A DNA stretch of 40,101 bases from a virus. Its lineage: Duplodnaviria > Heunggongvirae > Uroviricota > Caudoviricetes. The notes under the pieces were generated by a model. That model worked only from the letters and a program-made list of their open reading frames with translations, did no database searches and was not told the DNA's origin. Made by a program: the position numbers and the translations under genes. The stretch is from the IMG/VR virus record IMGVR_UViG_2718217868_000001, positions 1-40,101 of that record; one strand, 5' to 3'. This document shows, one piece after another, positions 17,844-30,605 of the stretch (position 1 is its first letter; every line of letters begins with the position of its first letter).

Positions 17844-18086
17844 ATGGCAGAGATTATTCCCATGACTGAAGAACAGAAATTCCAGTTAGAGATTTACAAA
17901 CTGGTCATGAACCAGAACGCAGCCGCAGAAGAAGCATTTCAGTTCATCGGCACTGACGAGCTGAAGCTTGAGCTATTCAAAATTCACTTCCAGTCAGGCG
18001 GCGCTAATTCAGATATCACGACCCGTACTATCGAAGCGGTGCGTAAATCGAAGGAAGCGTTAGACCTGTTCACCGCTGGAGTGTGA
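17844..18086 (+). CDS. Hypothetical protein (80 aa), lysis-terminase interval
   Basis: ORF with an AACGGAG site; I recall an 80-codon ORF at this position in P22, but did not verify the sequence. Confidence 0.5.
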   Translation: MAEIIPMTEEQKFQLEIYKLVMNQNAAAEEAFQFIGTDELKLELFKIHFQSGGANSDITTRTIEAVRKSKEALDLFTAGV

Positions 18087-18087
18087 T

Positions 18088-18477
18088 ATGGCTAAGGCCA
18101 AATGGCACAAACTCCCGGCGTTCACCATTCCGCTGTTTCAAAGTGCACACGTCTACCTCGCAACAACCAGAGAACAGTTTCAGCACGCTGATAAATTCCT
18201 TGGCGGCAGCGGGGATGAGAAGCCATTCAATCTTGGGCTTGCAAGCAACTATGAAAACACTGATACGGGTGAGCGATGCTATCTGATTGGAGTATTCGAT
18301 CAGCAGATCGCTACGCTCGTTCATGAGTGCGCCCACGTCTGCTTTTACGTTTGCTCTGATGTCGGCGTGACGACAAGGCCTGAAGATGCCAACGAGACGT
18401 ACTGTTACATGCTGGACAGGATGGTTAATCACTTCCTGCCATTCATTCAGGAGAAACAAGATGTATCACTGGAATAA
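18088..18477 (+). CDS. Hypothetical protein with an HExxH motif (129 aa)
   Basis: Start overlaps the upstream stop; contains ..LVHECAHVCFY... Confidence 0.5.
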   Translation: MAKAKWHKLPAFTIPLFQSAHVYLATTREQFQHADKFLGGSGDEKPFNLGLASNYENTDTGERCYLIGVFDQQIATLVHECAHVCFYVCSDVGVTTRPEDANETYCYMLDRMVNHFLPFIQEKQDVSLE

Positions 18478-18655
18478 TCAATCCCCTTATTGCCAATGCC
18501 AACGCTGCCCGTGCTGCGGGAAGATTGTTAACCAATTTACTGGCAACAATTTCTTCAAGACTGGTTATGGATATGGTGTTGCGGGTAGCGTTAATTGCTC
18601 TGGGGCTGCTGCTGAAACGACATCAAACACAGGCAAGCAGAAAGGAGCTAAGTAA
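18461..18655 (+). CDS. Small Cys-rich protein (about 64 aa), putative zinc ribbon
   Basis: AGGAGAAA site; CQCQRCPCCGK motif; start within the six-frame ORF 18386..18655. Confidence 0.4.
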   Translation: MYHWNNQSPYCQCQRCPCCGKIVNQFTGNNFFKTGYGYGVAGSVNCSGAAAETTSNTGKQKGAK

Positions 18656-18749
18656 TGGTAATCAAAGTTTGTTCAGGCTCTCAGGGCTTCGACAACCCAT
18701 CCAAATTCCGCGATGAATGGGATAAGCAAGCAGAAGGGAAATAATCAAT

Positions 18750-19238
18750 ATGGCAGCACCAAAGGGCAACCGATTTTGGGAGGCCCGCAGTAGTCATGGG
18801 CGAAATCCTAAATTCGAATCGCCTGAGGCGCTGTGGGCTGCTTGTTGTGAATACTTCGAGTGGGCTGATGATAACCCGCTATGGGAGGGTAAGGTATTTT
18901 CATATCAGGGAGAAATAATTAAGGCTAATGTCCCTAAGATGCGAGCCATGACTATTTCAGGATTGTGCACCTTCCTTGATATCACTAGGCAAACATGGGG
19001 AACCTTCCGGTCAATGGAAGGTTTTTCTGACGTCACATCACGAGCGGAAGACATCATCTACGACCAGAAATTCTCTGGCGCTGCCGCTGACCTTCTCAAC
19101 GCTAACATCATCGCCCGTGATTTGGGCCTCAAAGAGCAGTCGCAAGTTGAAGACGTGACACCTGATAAGGGAGATCGCGATAAGCGGCGCTCTCGTATCA
19201 AGGAGCTATTCAACCGTGGAACTGGACGCGATTCTTGA
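18750..19238 (+). CDS. Terminase small subunit (P22 gp3-like)
   Basis: [38 protein letters not shown].. matches P22 gp3 as I recall it; 162 aa. Confidence 0.9.
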   Translation: MAAPKGNRFWEARSSHGRNPKFESPEALWAACCEYFEWADDNPLWEGKVFSYQGEIIKANVPKMRAMTISGLCTFLDITRQTWGTFRSMEGFSDVTSRAEDIIYDQKFSGAAADLLNANIIARDLGLKEQSQVEDVTPDKGDRDKRRSRIKELFNRGTGRDS

Positions 19239-20715
19239 TAACCTGAGCGACGAAGAGCAAATAGAATTGCTCGAGCTACTCGAAGAAGAAGAGAACTACC
19301 GTAACACACACCTGCTATATGAATTTACGCCATACAGCAAACAGCGTGAGTTCATCGACGCCGGACATGACTATCCAGAGCGATGTTTTATGGCTGGTAA
19401 CCAGCTTGGTAAGTCATTTACTGGTGCTGCTGAAGTCGCGTTTCACCTTACAGGGCGTTATCCGGGAACAAAAGGCTATCCAGCTGATGGTAAATATGGG
19501 GGAGAGTGGAAAGGTAAGCGTTTCTATGAGCCTGTTGTCTTCTGGATTGGCGGAGAGACAAACGAGACGGTAACCAAAACGACTCAACGCATCCTGTGCG
19601 GTCGTATCGAAGAGAATGATGAGCCTGGCTACGGTTCCATACCGAAAGAAGACATCATTAGTTGGAAGAAGTCTCCTTTCTTTCCGAACCTTGTTGATCA
19701 TCTTCTGGTTAAGCATCATACAGCTGATGGCGTTGAAGATGGCATTTCAATCTGCTACTTCAAGCCATACTCGCAAGGCCGTGCTCGCTGGCAGGGTGAC
19801 ACAATCCACGGCGTGTGGTTTGACGAAGAGCCACCATACAGCATTTATGGCGAAGGTCTTACCCGTACCAACAAATACGGTCAATTCTCAATTCTGACGT
19901 TTACCCCGCTGATGGGGATGTCTGACGTTGTTACCAAGTTCCTGAAGAATCCCAGCAAGTCTCAGAAAGTGGTCAACATGACCATCTATGACGCTGAGCA
20001 CTACACCGACGAGCAGAAAGAGCAAATCATCGCATCCTATCCTGAGCATGAGAGAGAGGCGCGTGCTCGCGGTATTCCTACGATGGGTAGTGGTAGAATC
20101 TTCCAGATACCGGAAGAGACGATTAAGTGTCAGCCTTTCGAGTGTCCTGATCACTTCTACGTAATTGGCGGGATGGATTTCGGATGGGATCACCCACAGG
20201 CGCAGGTTCAGCTTTGGTGGGATAAGGACGCAGACACAATCTACGTTTCACGCGTGTGGAAGGCGAAAGAAAAAACAGCTGTTCAGGCATGGGGAGCTGT
20301 TAAATCATGGGCGCATAAAGTGCCAACCGCATGGCCTCATGACGGAAACCAGCATGAGAAGGGCGGCGGTGAGCAGCTCAAAGGGCAGTATGCAGACGCT
20401 GGTTTTATGATGTTGCAGGAGCATGCGACATGGCCTGATGGCGGTAATGCTGTGGAGCCTGGCATCACTGAATTGCGCGACATGATGCTCGATGGTCGCT
20501 TCAAAGTATTCAACACCTGTGAGCCATTCTTTGAGGAGTTCCGCCTCTATCACCGTGATGAAAACGGGAAGATCGTCAAGCTTAACGACGACGTTCTCTC
20601 AGCCGTTCGCTATGCATACATGATGCGCCGCTTCGCCAAAATGATGCGCGACATCAAAAAACCAAAAGAGAAAAAGATACCAGCCCCAATCAGGCCCATC
20701 GCACGGAGAACTTAA
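19216..20715 (+). CDS. Terminase large subunit (P22 gp2-like)
   Basis: 499 aa with an ATPase N-terminal region and nuclease C-terminal region, in the gp3-gp2-portal order. Confidence 0.9.
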   Translation: MELDAILDNLSDEEQIELLELLEEEENYRNTHLLYEFTPYSKQREFIDAGHDYPERCFMAGNQLGKSFTGAAEVAFHLTGRYPGTKGYPADGKYGGEWKGKRFYEPVVFWIGGETNETVTKTTQRILCGRIEENDEPGYGSIPKEDIISWKKSPFFPNLVDHLLVKHHTADGVEDGISICYFKPYSQGRARWQGDTIHGVWFDEEPPYSIYGEGLTRTNKYGQFSILTFTPLMGMSDVVTKFLKNPSKSQKVVNMTIYDAEHYTDEQKEQIIASYPEHEREARARGIPTMGSGRIFQIPEETIKCQPFECPDHFYVIGGMDFGWDHPQAQVQLWWDKDADTIYVSRVWKAKEKTAVQAWGAVKSWAHKVPTAWPHDGNQHEKGGGEQLKGQYADAGFMMLQEHATWPDGGNAVEPGITELRDMMLDGRFKVFNTCEPFFEEFRLYHRDENGKIVKLNDDVLSAVRYAYMMRRFAKMMRDIKKPKEKKIPAPIRPIARRT

Positions 20716-22881
20716 ATGGCCGACGAAAACAGACTCAATTCCATTCTGTGTAAGTTTGACGCAGACTGGATGGCGAGCGATGAAGCCAGAACCGAGGCGA
20801 CAAATGACCTGTTTTTTAGCCGAGTGTCGCAATGGGATGACTGGCTATCAAACTACACCACCCTGCAATATCGCGGACAATTCGATGTTGTTCGCCCAGT
20901 GGTCAGGAAACTGGTCGCAGAGATGCGCCGGAACCCTATCGACGTTCTCTTCCGACCCAAAGACGGCGCTAATCCTGATGCAGCCGATGTGTTGATGGGG
21001 ATGTATCGTACTGATATGCGCCATAACACGGCAAAGATTGCCGTTAACGTTGGCGTTCGTGAGCAGATAGAGTCCGGCGTTGGTGCATGGCGTCTGGTCA
21101 CACAGTACGAAGACAACGATCCAACAAGCAACAATCAGGTAATCAGACGCCTGCCAATCCATGAGGCCTGCTCACACGTCATATGGGACGCCAACAGCAA
21201 GCAGATGGATAAGAGCGACGCTAAGCACTGCACGGTGATTAACGCCTTGTCACGCAATGGCTGGAAAGAGTTCGCAGAGGATTACGGTATTGATCCGGAC
21301 ACCTTGCCATCTTTCCAGAATCCGAACGACACATGGCTGTTTCCGTGGGTATCGAATGATGTCGTCTACGTCGCTGAGTATTACGAGATAGAAGAGAAGA
21401 AAGAGAAGGTCTTCATCTACCGCGACCCGCTGACAGGTGAGCCGGTCAGCTATTACCAGCAGGATATTAAAGACGTCATCGACGACCTGGCTAATCGTGG
21501 ATTCATTAAGGTAGCAGAGCGCAAGGTGAAGCGTCGGCGTGTGTATAAGTCGATCATCACCTGCACGCAGATACTGAAAGACCGCGAGAAGATAGCAGGA
21601 GAGCATATTCCAATCGTTCCAGTGTATGGCGAATGGTCATTCGCTGGTGACAAGGAGTGCTACGAAGGAGTGGTAAGGCTGACGAAAGACGGTCAACGCC
21701 TTCGTAACATGATCATGTCATTCAACGCCGATATTGTTGGTCGTTCACCGAAGAAGAAACCGACCTTCTTCCCTGAGCAAATCGAAGGCTACGAATACAT
21801 GTACGGTGGAAATGATGACTATCCGTACTATCTCCAGAACAGGACTGATGAAAACGGTAACGACCTGCCGATTGGTCCAATCTCCTACATGGAAAACCCT
21901 GAAGTGCCGCAAGCCAACGCTTACATGCTTGAGGCTGCCACCAACGCAGTGAAAGAGGTGGCTAGTCTTGGCGTGGATGCACAGGCAGCAAACTCTCAGG
22001 TCTCTTTCGATACCGTCAATCAACTGAACATGCGGTCAGACCTTGAGACATACGTGTTTCAGGATAACCTGGCTACCGCAATGCGGCGTGATGGCGAGAT
22101 TTATGCCTCAATGGTCAATGATATTTATGACATCCCTCGTCATGTAACGCTGACACTTGAAGATGGAAGCGAGAAAGACGTTCAACTCTACGCGCAAGTT
22201 GTCGATTACCAGTCCGGTAATGTGGTCACACTCAACGACATTCGCGGTCGCTACGAGTGCTATATAGGAGTTGGACCATCCTTCCAGAGCATGAAGGAAC
22301 AGAACCGCGCAGAGATTCAGGAGTTACTCACCAAGGTTCCGCAAGGTACTCCAGAGTTCCAGATGCTGATGCTGCAATACTTCACGCTGCTTGACGGTAA
22401 AGGCGTCGAGATGATGCGAGAGTACGCGAACAAGCAACTGGTGATGATGGGGCTGAAGAAACCAGAAACACCTGAAGAGATGGAGATGGTGCAGCAGGCA
22501 CAACAACAGCCGCAGCAGCCATCAGCAGAGCAAATTCAGGCGCAGGGCATCCTTCTGCAAGGTCAGGCTGAATTGCTCAAGGCAGAGAACCAACAGGCGC
22601 AGATTCAGGTTGAAGCTGCCAAGGTTGAAGCCCAAAACCAACTCAACGCCGCGAAGATTGCAGAAATCTTCAACAATATGGACCTCGACAAGCAGGCAGA
22701 ACTGCGTGAGTACCTCAAGCTCGTAGGTCAATTCCAGCAACAGCGCAGCAAAGACGCTCGCGCTAACGCTGAGCTGCTTCTTAAAGATGCAGACCAGACT
22801 CATTCACAACGCATGGATTTCGCGAATCTTATGCGTCAAGTTCAAATCCCCTCCGGCGGAGTAGCCGAGACACCTCAATAA
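20716..22881 (+). CDS. Portal protein (P22 gp1-like)
   Basis: 721 aa; N-terminus [24 protein letters not shown] and C-terminal glutamine-rich barrel region resemble the P22 portal. Confidence 0.95.
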   Translation: MADENRLNSILCKFDADWMASDEARTEATNDLFFSRVSQWDDWLSNYTTLQYRGQFDVVRPVVRKLVAEMRRNPIDVLFRPKDGANPDAADVLMGMYRTDMRHNTAKIAVNVGVREQIESGVGAWRLVTQYEDNDPTSNNQVIRRLPIHEACSHVIWDANSKQMDKSDAKHCTVINALSRNGWKEFAEDYGIDPDTLPSFQNPNDTWLFPWVSNDVVYVAEYYEIEEKKEKVFIYRDPLTGEPVSYYQQDIKDVIDDLANRGFIKVAERKVKRRRVYKSIITCTQILKDREKIAGEHIPIVPVYGEWSFAGDKECYEGVVRLTKDGQRLRNMIMSFNADIVGRSPKKKPTFFPEQIEGYEYMYGGNDDYPYYLQNRTDENGNDLPIGPISYMENPEVPQANAYMLEAATNAVKEVASLGVDAQAANSQVSFDTVNQLNMRSDLETYVFQDNLATAMRRDGEIYASMVNDIYDIPRHVTLTLEDGSEKDVQLYAQVVDYQSGNVVTLNDIRGRYECYIGVGPSFQSMKEQNRAEIQELLTKVPQGTPEFQMLMLQYFTLLDGKGVEMMREYANKQLVMMGLKKPETPEEMEMVQQAQQQPQQPSAEQIQAQGILLQGQAELLKAENQQAQIQVEAAKVEAQNQLNAAKIAEIFNNMDLDKQAELREYLKLVGQFQQQRSKDARANAELLLKDADQTHSQRMDFANLMRQVQIPSGGVAETPQ

Positions 22882-22894
22882 GAGAGAGTTAATC

Positions 22895-23806
22895 ATGGAC
22901 CAAACCACCGATATTCAGGCTTCTGAAGAATTAACCCTGCCCGGCAATCATGCAGCGGCATCTGCTGATGGCTTAGTTGTCGATAATGCCAACGACAACG
23001 CAGGTCAGGAAGAAGGCTTCGAGATTGTCCTGAAAGACGATGAGAAACCAAAACAAGACCCGGCAACTAATGCTGAATTTGCTCGTCGCCGCATCGAACG
23101 CAAACGCCAGCGTGAGCTTGAGCAGCAGATGGAAGCGGTTAAGCGTGGAGAGTTGCCGGAGCACCTGCGGGTGAACCCTGAGTTACCAAAACAACCAGAC
23201 CCTAACGATTATCTTTCCGAAGACGCACTGGCTAAGTACGACTATGACCAGAGCCGCGCACTGGCGGCCTTCCAGCAGGCAAACAGTGAATGGCAGATCA
23301 AGGCTATGGACGCACGAAGCCAGGCTGTCGCCGAGCAGGGTCGCAAAACTCAGGAGTTCACCCAGCAATCAGCGCAATACGTCGAGGCAGCCCGTAAGCA
23401 CTACGACGCAGCGGAAAAGCTCAATATCCCTGACTATCAGGAGAAAGAGGATGCATTCATGCAACTGGTGCCGCCAGCAGTCGGTGCCGACATCATGCGC
23501 CTCTTCCCGGAGAAATCCGCTGCTCTCATGTATCACCTTGGTGCTAATCCTGAGAAAACACGCCAGTTGCTGGCGATGGACGGGCAATCCGCGCTGATTG
23601 AACTCACTCGACTGTCAGAACGTTTAACTCTCAAGCCTCGAGCCAAGCCTGTTTCAGAAGCCCCGTTACCTGATGAACCCATTCAGGGACACGCTGTTGC
23701 TGCAAATATCTCTGCGATTGAAAAGCAGATGGAAGCGGCAGCAAACAAAGGGGATGTAGAGACATACCGCAAGCTCAAGGCGCAACTGAATAAAGGAATT
23801 CGATAA
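22895..23806 (+). CDS. Scaffolding protein (P22 gp8-like)
   Basis: 303 aa; ..[52 protein letters not shown].. matches P22 gp8. Confidence 0.9.
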   Translation: MDQTTDIQASEELTLPGNHAAASADGLVVDNANDNAGQEEGFEIVLKDDEKPKQDPATNAEFARRRIERKRQRELEQQMEAVKRGELPEHLRVNPELPKQPDPNDYLSEDALAKYDYDQSRALAAFQQANSEWQIKAMDARSQAVAEQGRKTQEFTQQSAQYVEAARKHYDAAEKLNIPDYQEKEDAFMQLVPPAVGADIMRLFPEKSAALMYHLGANPEKTRQLLAMDGQSALIELTRLSERLTLKPRAKPVSEAPLPDEPIQGHAVAANISAIEKQMEAAANKGDVETYRKLKAQLNKGIR

Positions 23807-25101
23807 TGGCATTAAATGAAGGTCAACTGGTCACGTATGCTCTGGATGAAATCATCGAAACCGTCCAGAACCTGACGCCAATGGCGTCAAAAGTGACAAA
23901 ATACACCCCTCCGGCAGAATCCATGCAGCGTTCAAGCAACACCGTGTGGATGCCTGTTGAGCAGGAAGCGCCAACCCAGACTGGCTGGGATTTAACTGGC
24001 AACGCAACCGGGATTCTGGAACTCTCCGTGAAATGCAACATGGGCGATCCGGATAACGATTTCTTCGAGCTTCGTGCAGATGACCTGCGTGATGAGCGTT
24101 CTTACCGTCGCCGCATCCAGGCATCCGCCAAAAAACTGGCGAATAACATTGAGTCAGCGATTGCCAAACAGGCAACTGAAATGGGCTCGCTTGTTGTTCA
24201 CGATACCCGCGCAATTGGTCCATCTACTGGCCTGTCTGGCTGGGATTTTGTGTCTGATGCAGAGCGCCTGATGTTCTCCCGTGAGCTAAACCGCGATATG
24301 GGCATCAGTTACTTCCTGAACCCTGACGATTACCGCAAAGCAGGCCGCAACCTGGTAGATGGTGACATCTTCGGGCGCGTTCCTGAAGAAGCGTATCGCA
24401 ACGGTACTATTCAGCGTCAGATTGCTGGCTTTGATGAAATTCTTCGCTCACCGAAACTTCCGGCGGTTACCAAGTCAACCGCTACTGGTGTAACTGTTTC
24501 TGGTGCGCAGAAGTTTAAGCCGCAGGCATACACCCTTGATACCGATGGTAACAAAGAGAACGTCGACAACCGTGTTGCAACGGTGACCGTATCCTCCACC
24601 ACCGGATTTAAGCGCGGCGACAAAATCAGCTTCACTGGTGTGAAATTCCTGTCTCAGATGGCGAAGAACGTGCTGACTGATGACGCGACTTTCTCAATCA
24701 CCCGTGTGATCGATGGTACTCACATCGAAATCACGCCGAAGCCGATTGCGCTTGATGACGCTTCACTGACAAAAGAAGAGAAGGCTTACGCTAACGTAAA
24801 CACCTCTCTTGCTGATACCACTCCGGTAAACGTTCTGAACGTGGCAACAACCACCGCTAACGTGTTCTGGGCTGATGACTCAATCCGTCTGCTTTCTCAG
24901 CCGATCCCGGTAACCCATGAACTGTTTGCTGGCATGAAAACGTCTTCCTTCAGCATTCCAGGTATTGGTGTTAACGGCATCTTCGCAACGCAGGGTGATA
25001 TCAACACTCTGTCTGGTAAGTGCCGTATTGCTGTGTGGTATTCAGCATGTGCTGTACGACCAGAGGCAATTGGCGTTGGTCTGCCTAACCAGACTGCGTG
25101 A
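23806..25101 (+). CDS. Major capsid (coat) protein (P22 gp5-like)
   Basis: 431 aa; ..[41 protein letters not shown].. matches the P22 coat protein. Confidence 0.95.
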   Translation: MALNEGQLVTYALDEIIETVQNLTPMASKVTKYTPPAESMQRSSNTVWMPVEQEAPTQTGWDLTGNATGILELSVKCNMGDPDNDFFELRADDLRDERSYRRRIQASAKKLANNIESAIAKQATEMGSLVVHDTRAIGPSTGLSGWDFVSDAERLMFSRELNRDMGISYFLNPDDYRKAGRNLVDGDIFGRVPEEAYRNGTIQRQIAGFDEILRSPKLPAVTKSTATGVTVSGAQKFKPQAYTLDTDGNKENVDNRVATVTVSSTTGFKRGDKISFTGVKFLSQMAKNVLTDDATFSITRVIDGTHIEITPKPIALDDASLTKEEKAYANVNTSLADTTPVNVLNVATTTANVFWADDSIRLLSQPIPVTHELFAGMKTSSFSIPGIGVNGIFATQGDINTLSGKCRIAVWYSACAVRPEAIGVGLPNQTA

Positions 25102-25107
25102 TAACCA

Positions 25108-25135
25108 GAGGGAGCTTTGGCTCCCTTTTTTATCT
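25108..25135 (+). terminator. Intrinsic terminator immediately after the coat gene
   Basis: Hairpin agggagc-tttg-gctccct followed by TTTTTTAT. Confidence 0.7.
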
Positions 25136-25145
25136 GGAGACAAAC

Positions 25146-25383
<238 letters not shown>

Positions 25384-25406
<23 letters not shown>

Positions 25407-25884
25407 TTTAGTTCTTGCGGCATTACGTAAGCTCGGTGTGGCATCAAATGCCACGTTAACCGATGTCGAACCGCAGTCTATGGAAGACGGCGTCAACGAC
25501 CTTGAAATGATGATGGCTGAATGGCTTGGCGGTGATGCGTCACCTGGGATCAACGTTGGCTACATTTTTGCTGATGCAGATGTCGCTCCGGATCCTGGCG
25601 ATGAGCACGGTTTATCAAATAACGCTATCAATGCCGTCATTTTCAACCTTGCCTGCCGCATTGCTCCGGATTATGCGCTGGAAGCGTCAGCAAAACTTAT
25701 AACCACTGCCAGATACGGGAAAGAGCGACTCGTCAAACTGTCTGCAATGGACAGAGCAAAAGCCGCTAAATGTAAGTCCGGTTATCCAAACCGTATGCCT
25801 GTTGGTAGCGGTAACCAGTTGGCGAAGTGGAACGGTTGGAATTACTTCCACCGAAAGGAACCTTGCGATAACGGGAGCGAATAA
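25384..25884 (+). CDS. Head completion / tail accessory protein gp4 (P22 gp4-like)
   Basis: ..[43 protein letters not shown].. matches P22 gp4. True start at 25384; the six-frame ORF from 25285 begins in the repeat. Confidence 0.85.
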
Positions 25885-27302
25885 TGCCGATTCAGCAACT
25901 TCCGCTTATGAAAGGCGTCGGCAAAGACTTTCGAAACGCCGACTATATCGACTATCTGCCAGTGAATATGTTGGCTACACCCAAAGAAATCCTGAACAGC
26001 AGCGGTTATCTTCGCTCATTCCCGGGCATTGCCAAACGTTCTGATGTGAATGGTGTATCGCGCGGAGTCGAGTACAACATGGCGCAGAGTGCTGTTTATC
26101 GCGTGTGTGGTGGGAAGCTCTACAAAGGCGAAAGCGAAGTCGGTGACGTCGCTGGAAGTGGTCGCGTATCAATGGCGCATGGTCGAACATCTCAGGCTGT
26201 AGGCGTTAATGGTCAACTGGTCGAGTATCGCTATGATGGTACGGTTAAAACCGTCTCAAACTGGCCTACAGACAGCGGATTCACACAGTACGAGTTAGGT
26301 TCAGTTCGTGACATTACGCGCTTACGTGGGCGTTATGCGTGGTCAAAAGACGGTACTGATTCATGGTTTATCACTGACCTTGAAGACGAATCACATCCTG
26401 ACCGATACAGCGCACAATATCGCGCAGAATCTCAGCCTGATGGCATCATCGGCATAGGTACATGGCGAGACTTCATCGTCTGCTTTGGTTCATCGACGAT
26501 TGAATATTTCTCCCTGACAGGCGCAACTACCGTTGGTGCTGCTTTGTATGTCGCGCAGCCATCGCTGATGGTGCAAAAAGGCATCGCCGGAACTTACTGC
26601 AAAACGCCGTTTGCTGATTCCTATGCGTTCATCAGCAATCCGGCAACAGGTGCGCCGTCTGTATACATCATCGGCTCCGGTCAGGTGTCACCAATCGCCA
26701 GCGCGAGCATTGAGAAAATCCTCCGCTCCTACACTGCTGATGAACTGGCTGATGGCGTGATGGAATCGTTGCGATTTGATGCTCATGAGTTGCTGATTAT
26801 TCACCTGCCGCGTCACGTCCTCGTGTACGACGCATCTTCAAGCGCCAATGGTCCGCAATGGTGTGTGTTGAAAACTGGCTTGTATGACGATGTGTACCGC
26901 GCTATCGACTTCATTTACGAAGGCAATCAGATAACGTGCGGCGATAAGCTGGAGTCCGTGACCGGGAAATTGCAATTCGACATCAGCAGCCAGTACGACA
27001 AGCAACAGGAACACCTGCTGTTTACTCCACTGTTCAAAGCGGATAACGCCAGATGCTTCGATCTGGAGGTGGAATCATCCACTGGCGTAGCTCAGTACGC
27101 CGACCGCCTGTTCCTCTCTGCAACCACTGACGGCATAAATTATGGGCGTGAGCAGATGATTGAGCAGAATGAACCGTTCGTTTACGACAAACGCGTTTTG
27201 TGGAAACGAGTAGGGCGCATCAGGAAAAACATTGGTTTCAAATTGCGCGTTATCACGAAGTCACCTGTCACTCTGTCTGGCGCTCAGATAAGGATTGAGT
27301 AA
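25884..27302 (+). CDS. Tail accessory protein gp10 (P22 gp10-like)
   Basis: 472 aa, [49 protein letters not shown].., near-identical to P22 gp10. Confidence 0.95.
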   Translation: MPIQQLPLMKGVGKDFRNADYIDYLPVNMLATPKEILNSSGYLRSFPGIAKRSDVNGVSRGVEYNMAQSAVYRVCGGKLYKGESEVGDVAGSGRVSMAHGRTSQAVGVNGQLVEYRYDGTVKTVSNWPTDSGFTQYELGSVRDITRLRGRYAWSKDGTDSWFITDLEDESHPDRYSAQYRAESQPDGIIGIGTWRDFIVCFGSSTIEYFSLTGATTVGAALYVAQPSLMVQKGIAGTYCKTPFADSYAFISNPATGAPSVYIIGSGQVSPIASASIEKILRSYTADELADGVMESLRFDAHELLIIHLPRHVLVYDASSSANGPQWCVLKTGLYDDVYRAIDFIYEGNQITCGDKLESVTGKLQFDISSQYDKQQEHLLFTPLFKADNARCFDLEVESSTGVAQYADRLFLSATTDGINYGREQMIEQNEPFVYDKRVLWKRVGRIRKNIGFKLRVITKSPVTLSGAQIRIE

Positions 27303-28150
27303 TGGCGGATTCGAATCTCAATGTGCCGGTAATCATTCAGGCCACACGGCTCGACACATCAGTCCTTCCACGCAATATCTTCTCGCAGTCGTATCTGCTT
27401 TACGTTATCGCACAGGGCACTGATGTTGGTAATGTGGCTAACAAGGCCAACGAGGCCGGACAGGGCGCTTATGATGCACAGGTCAGGAACGATGAGCAGG
27501 ATGTGATTCTCGCTGACCATGAGCAGCGAATTTCTGCTGCGGAAGCAACGCTTGTTAATCATGAGGAGCGAATCAGCCAGGCAGAATCAACTCTTCAGGA
27601 ACATGAAACACGAATAGCTCAGAATGAAAGCGATATTGCGTCTCTTGATACCAGAGTTCAGTCGCTCGAATCGCAGGTTTCAGACCATGAAACGCGCATC
27701 GATGCTCTGGAGTATGCCACTACTCGCAAAAAGTCAGAGGTTGTTTACTCTGGCGTATCTGTAACCATCCCGACAGCGCCGACCAACCTTGTTAGCCTGC
27801 TGAAAACGCTCACTCCGTCATCCGGCACGTTGGCACCGTTCTTCGACACCGTTAACAACAAGATGGTTGTGTTCAACGAGAACAAAACCTTGTTCTTCAA
27901 GCTGTCGATCGTCGGGACGTGGCCCAGCGGAACCGCCAACAGGTCAATGCAGCTAACCTTTTCCGGCTCTGTTCCTGACACACTGGTAAGCAGTCGCAAC
28001 TCGGCGACAACAACCGATAACATCTTGTTAGCTATGTTCTTCAGCGTGGATAAAGACGGCTTTCTTGCCACAAATGGCAGCACGTTAACCATTCAGTCAA
28101 ATGGTGCGGCGTTTACTGCCACAACCATCAAGATAATCGCGGAGCAGTAA
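27302..28150 (+). CDS. Tail needle protein (P22 gp26-like N-terminus and coiled coil, with a different C-terminal knob domain)
   Basis: N-terminus [43 protein letters not shown].. is gp26-like, followed by heptad repeats; the last ~140 aa are not P22-like (the Sf6 and HK620 needles carry a knob here). Confidence 0.85.
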   Translation: MADSNLNVPVIIQATRLDTSVLPRNIFSQSYLLYVIAQGTDVGNVANKANEAGQGAYDAQVRNDEQDVILADHEQRISAAEATLVNHEERISQAESTLQEHETRIAQNESDIASLDTRVQSLESQVSDHETRIDALEYATTRKKSEVVYSGVSVTIPTAPTNLVSLLKTLTPSSGTLAPFFDTVNNKMVVFNENKTLFFKLSIVGTWPSGTANRSMQLTFSGSVPDTLVSSRNSATTTDNILLAMFFSVDKDGFLATNGSTLTIQSNGAAFTATTIKIIAEQ

Positions 28151-28605
28151 TGATTCAGTTCAAACCAACGCGAAACATCGACCTGATCGAAGCAGTCGGA
28201 AATCACCCTGACATTATTGCCGGAAGCAACAACGGTGATGGATACGACTACAAGCCTGAATGCCGTTACTTCGAGGTGAACGTGCACGGGCAGTTCGGCG
28301 GCATTGTTTACTATCAGAAGATTCAGCCGCTGACCTTTGATTGCCACGCCATGTACCTGCCAGAGATTCGCGGATTCAGCAAGGAAATCGGGCTGGCTTT
28401 CTGGCGATACATTCTGACTAACACCACCGTTCAGTGCGTCACATCGTTCGCTGCACGCAAATTCCGCCACGGGCAGATGTACTGCGCAATGATTGGCCTT
28501 AAGCGTGTAGGAACCATCAAGAAATACTTCAAAGGCGTGGATGACGTGACGTTTTACAGCGCCACACGCGAAGAACTAATCGACTTCCTGAATCACGGGA
28601 GATAG
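28150..28605 (+). CDS. gp14-position protein (151 aa)
   Basis: ORF in the conserved position between the needle gene and the ejection proteins. Confidence 0.6.
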   Translation: MIQFKPTRNIDLIEAVGNHPDIIAGSNNGDGYDYKPECRYFEVNVHGQFGGIVYYQKIQPLTFDCHAMYLPEIRGFSKEIGLAFWRYILTNTTVQCVTSFAARKFRHGQMYCAMIGLKRVGTIKKYFKGVDDVTFYSATREELIDFLNHGR

Positions 28606-28607
28606 CC

Positions 28608-29300
28608 ATGTTATATGCATTTAAGCTGGGCAGAAAACTGCGCGGCGAGGAACCTTATTGCCCTGAAAAAGGCGGGAAAGGTGGCAGCTCTGATAAAAGC
28701 GCAAAGTATGCAGCAGAAGCTCAGAAGTATGCCGCAGACCTGCAAAATCAGCAGTGGCAGACGATCATGAAAAACCTTGCTCCGTTCACGCCGCTTGCGG
28801 AGCAGTATGTTAACCAGCTTCAGAACCTTTCCAGTTTAGAAGGTCAGGGGCAGGCACTTAATCAGTATTACAACTCTCAGCAGTATAAAGACCTTGCAGG
28901 TCAGGCTCGTTACCAGAGTCTTGCTGCTGCGGAGGCGACGGGTGGACTTGGTTCGACAGCCACAAGCAATCAACTGGCTACGATCGCGCCGACACTCGGT
29001 CAGTCTTGGTTATCAAATCAGATGAGCAATTACAACAATCTGGCAAACGTTGGGCTTGGTGCGCTGCAAGGTCAGGCAAACGCTGGGCAGACATACGCCA
29101 ACAACATGAGCAGCATTGCACAGCAAAGCGCAGCACTTGCCGCTGCTAATGCCAATAAACCATCAAGTCTTCAGACTGCAATTAGCGGTGGCACGTCTGG
29201 TGCGATTGCCGGTGCAGGTCTTGCCAGCCTTTTGGGAACATCAACGCCTTGGGGCGCTGGCATTGGTGCTGGTATCGGATTGCTTGGCTCGTTGTTTTAA
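28608..29300 (+). CDS. Ejection (internal virion) protein gp7-like
   Basis: 230 aa, Q/N/A-rich with a glycine-rich hydrophobic C-terminus, first of the three ejection proteins in P22 order. Confidence 0.75.
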   Translation: MLYAFKLGRKLRGEEPYCPEKGGKGGSSDKSAKYAAEAQKYAADLQNQQWQTIMKNLAPFTPLAEQYVNQLQNLSSLEGQGQALNQYYNSQQYKDLAGQARYQSLAAAEATGGLGSTATSNQLATIAPTLGQSWLSNQMSNYNNLANVGLGALQGQANAGQTYANNMSSIAQQSAALAAANANKPSSLQTAISGGTSGAIAGAGLASLLGTSTPWGAGIGAGIGLLGSLF

Positions 29301-29309
29301 GGGGTAATC

Positions 29310-30605
29310 ATGGCTACTTGGCAAGGAACAAACGGCGGATTGTTGGCTGGTATCGGCGGCGTCAACTCAAACGCTCCGAGCGTAAATGACATCGGCAATA
29401 CGCTTCAGCTTATCAGGCAGAACAATGATATTGAGCGTTCAGGCGCTAACAATGTTGGGCTGACTGCTTTGCAAGGCCTTTCAGGTATTGCGGGGGTGTT
29501 TCAGCAGGAAAAGCAGGCTCAGCGGCAGAAAGAATTTCAGCAGGCGTACGCTAATGCTTATGCGTCTGGTGATCGCGGTGCTTTGCGTCAGTTGGCTACT
29601 CAATATCCAGACCAGATTGAATCCGTTCGTAAAGGCATGGGATTCATTGATGAAGACCAGCGTAATTCTATCGGCACCTTAGCGGCTGGCGCACGCCTTG
29701 CGTCATCGTCTCCAGAAGCAATGCAATCATGGCTGCAAAACAACGCCAAGGAACTGACTCGCGTCGGTGTTGACCCTAACAGCGTTGCTCAGATGTATCA
29801 GCAGAACCCTTCAGGATTTGGTGAGTTTGTTGATCACCTTGGAATGGCTGCTCTTGGTCCAATTGATTACTTCAATGTTCAGGACAAGATGGCTGGTCGT
29901 GAGATTGATCGCGGAAAACTTGCAGAGACAATCCGCAGCAATCAGGCTGGCGAGGCACTAACAGCACGAGGTCAGGACATCCAGATACGTGGTCAGAACA
30001 TCAGCGCACAGAATGCTGCGCTTTCCCGCGAAATACAAAGAGCAGAATTACAAGAAAAGGCTCTGGACAGACAGATAGCCAGAGAAAGCAATCAGTTAAA
30101 GCTTGAAGAGTTAAAGCAGAAACAGGCAGATGTTCGGCAAAAGGCTGACATAGCCCGCGCTGACAGGCAGGCCGCCGCTCAGGGTGCAGTTGATACGTTC
30201 AGTACCGCGCTTGACTCTCTCAACGAGATAGAGCAAAGCCCCGGCCTTTCAAAAGCAGTAGGAATTCGCTCAGCGTTTCCGACAGTTCCTGGCTCTGATG
30301 CAGCTAACTTTGAAGCAAGGCTCGACACCTTTAAAGCTCAAACATTCCTTCCTATGGTGCAGTCTCTTAAGGGTATGGGGGCTCTTTCAGATGCTGAGGG
30401 TAAAAAATTATCCGATGCGGTTGGTGCCCTAAGCCCCAAAATGAGTGAAAAGGCTTTTCGTGACTCTATCGGAAAGATTAGAAATCAGCTTGAAAGTAAG
30501 TTGAGCACTGTTAAAAAACAGTTTGATTATCAGGAGCCAGTACAGAATACGCCAGGACAACAATCTCCTGCTGGCAGTAACTTTTCTTCACTATGGGGTG
30601 ATTAA
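29310..30605 (+). CDS. Ejection protein gp20-like
   Basis: 431 aa in the conserved position and order. Confidence 0.75.
   Translation: MATWQGTNGGLLAGIGGVNSNAPSVNDIGNTLQLIRQNNDIERSGANNVGLTALQGLSGIAGVFQQEKQAQRQKEFQQAYANAYASGDRGALRQLATQYPDQIESVRKGMGFIDEDQRNSIGTLAAGARLASSSPEAMQSWLQNNAKELTRVGVDPNSVAQMYQQNPSGFGEFVDHLGMAALGPIDYFNVQDKMAGREIDRGKLAETIRSNQAGEALTARGQDIQIRGQNISAQNAALSREIQRAELQEKALDRQIARESNQLKLEELKQKQADVRQKADIARADRQAAAQGAVDTFSTALDSLNEIEQSPGLSKAVGIRSAFPTVPGSDAANFEARLDTFKAQTFLPMVQSLKGMGALSDAEGKKLSDAVGALSPKMSEKAFRDSIGKIRNQLESKLSTVKKQFDYQEPVQNTPGQQSPAGSNFSSLWGD

Noticed and set aside
18525-18716. 63-aa plus-strand ORF overlapping the Cys-rich ORF in another frame
   Set aside because: No ribosome-binding site; overlaps a better-supported ORF. 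A shorter 29-codon ORF at 18656..18745 is possible but unverified.
20848-22803. Several 60-118-aa minus-strand ORFs inside the portal gene
   Set aside because: Embedded antisense in a strongly supported portal CDS; typical spurious ORFs.
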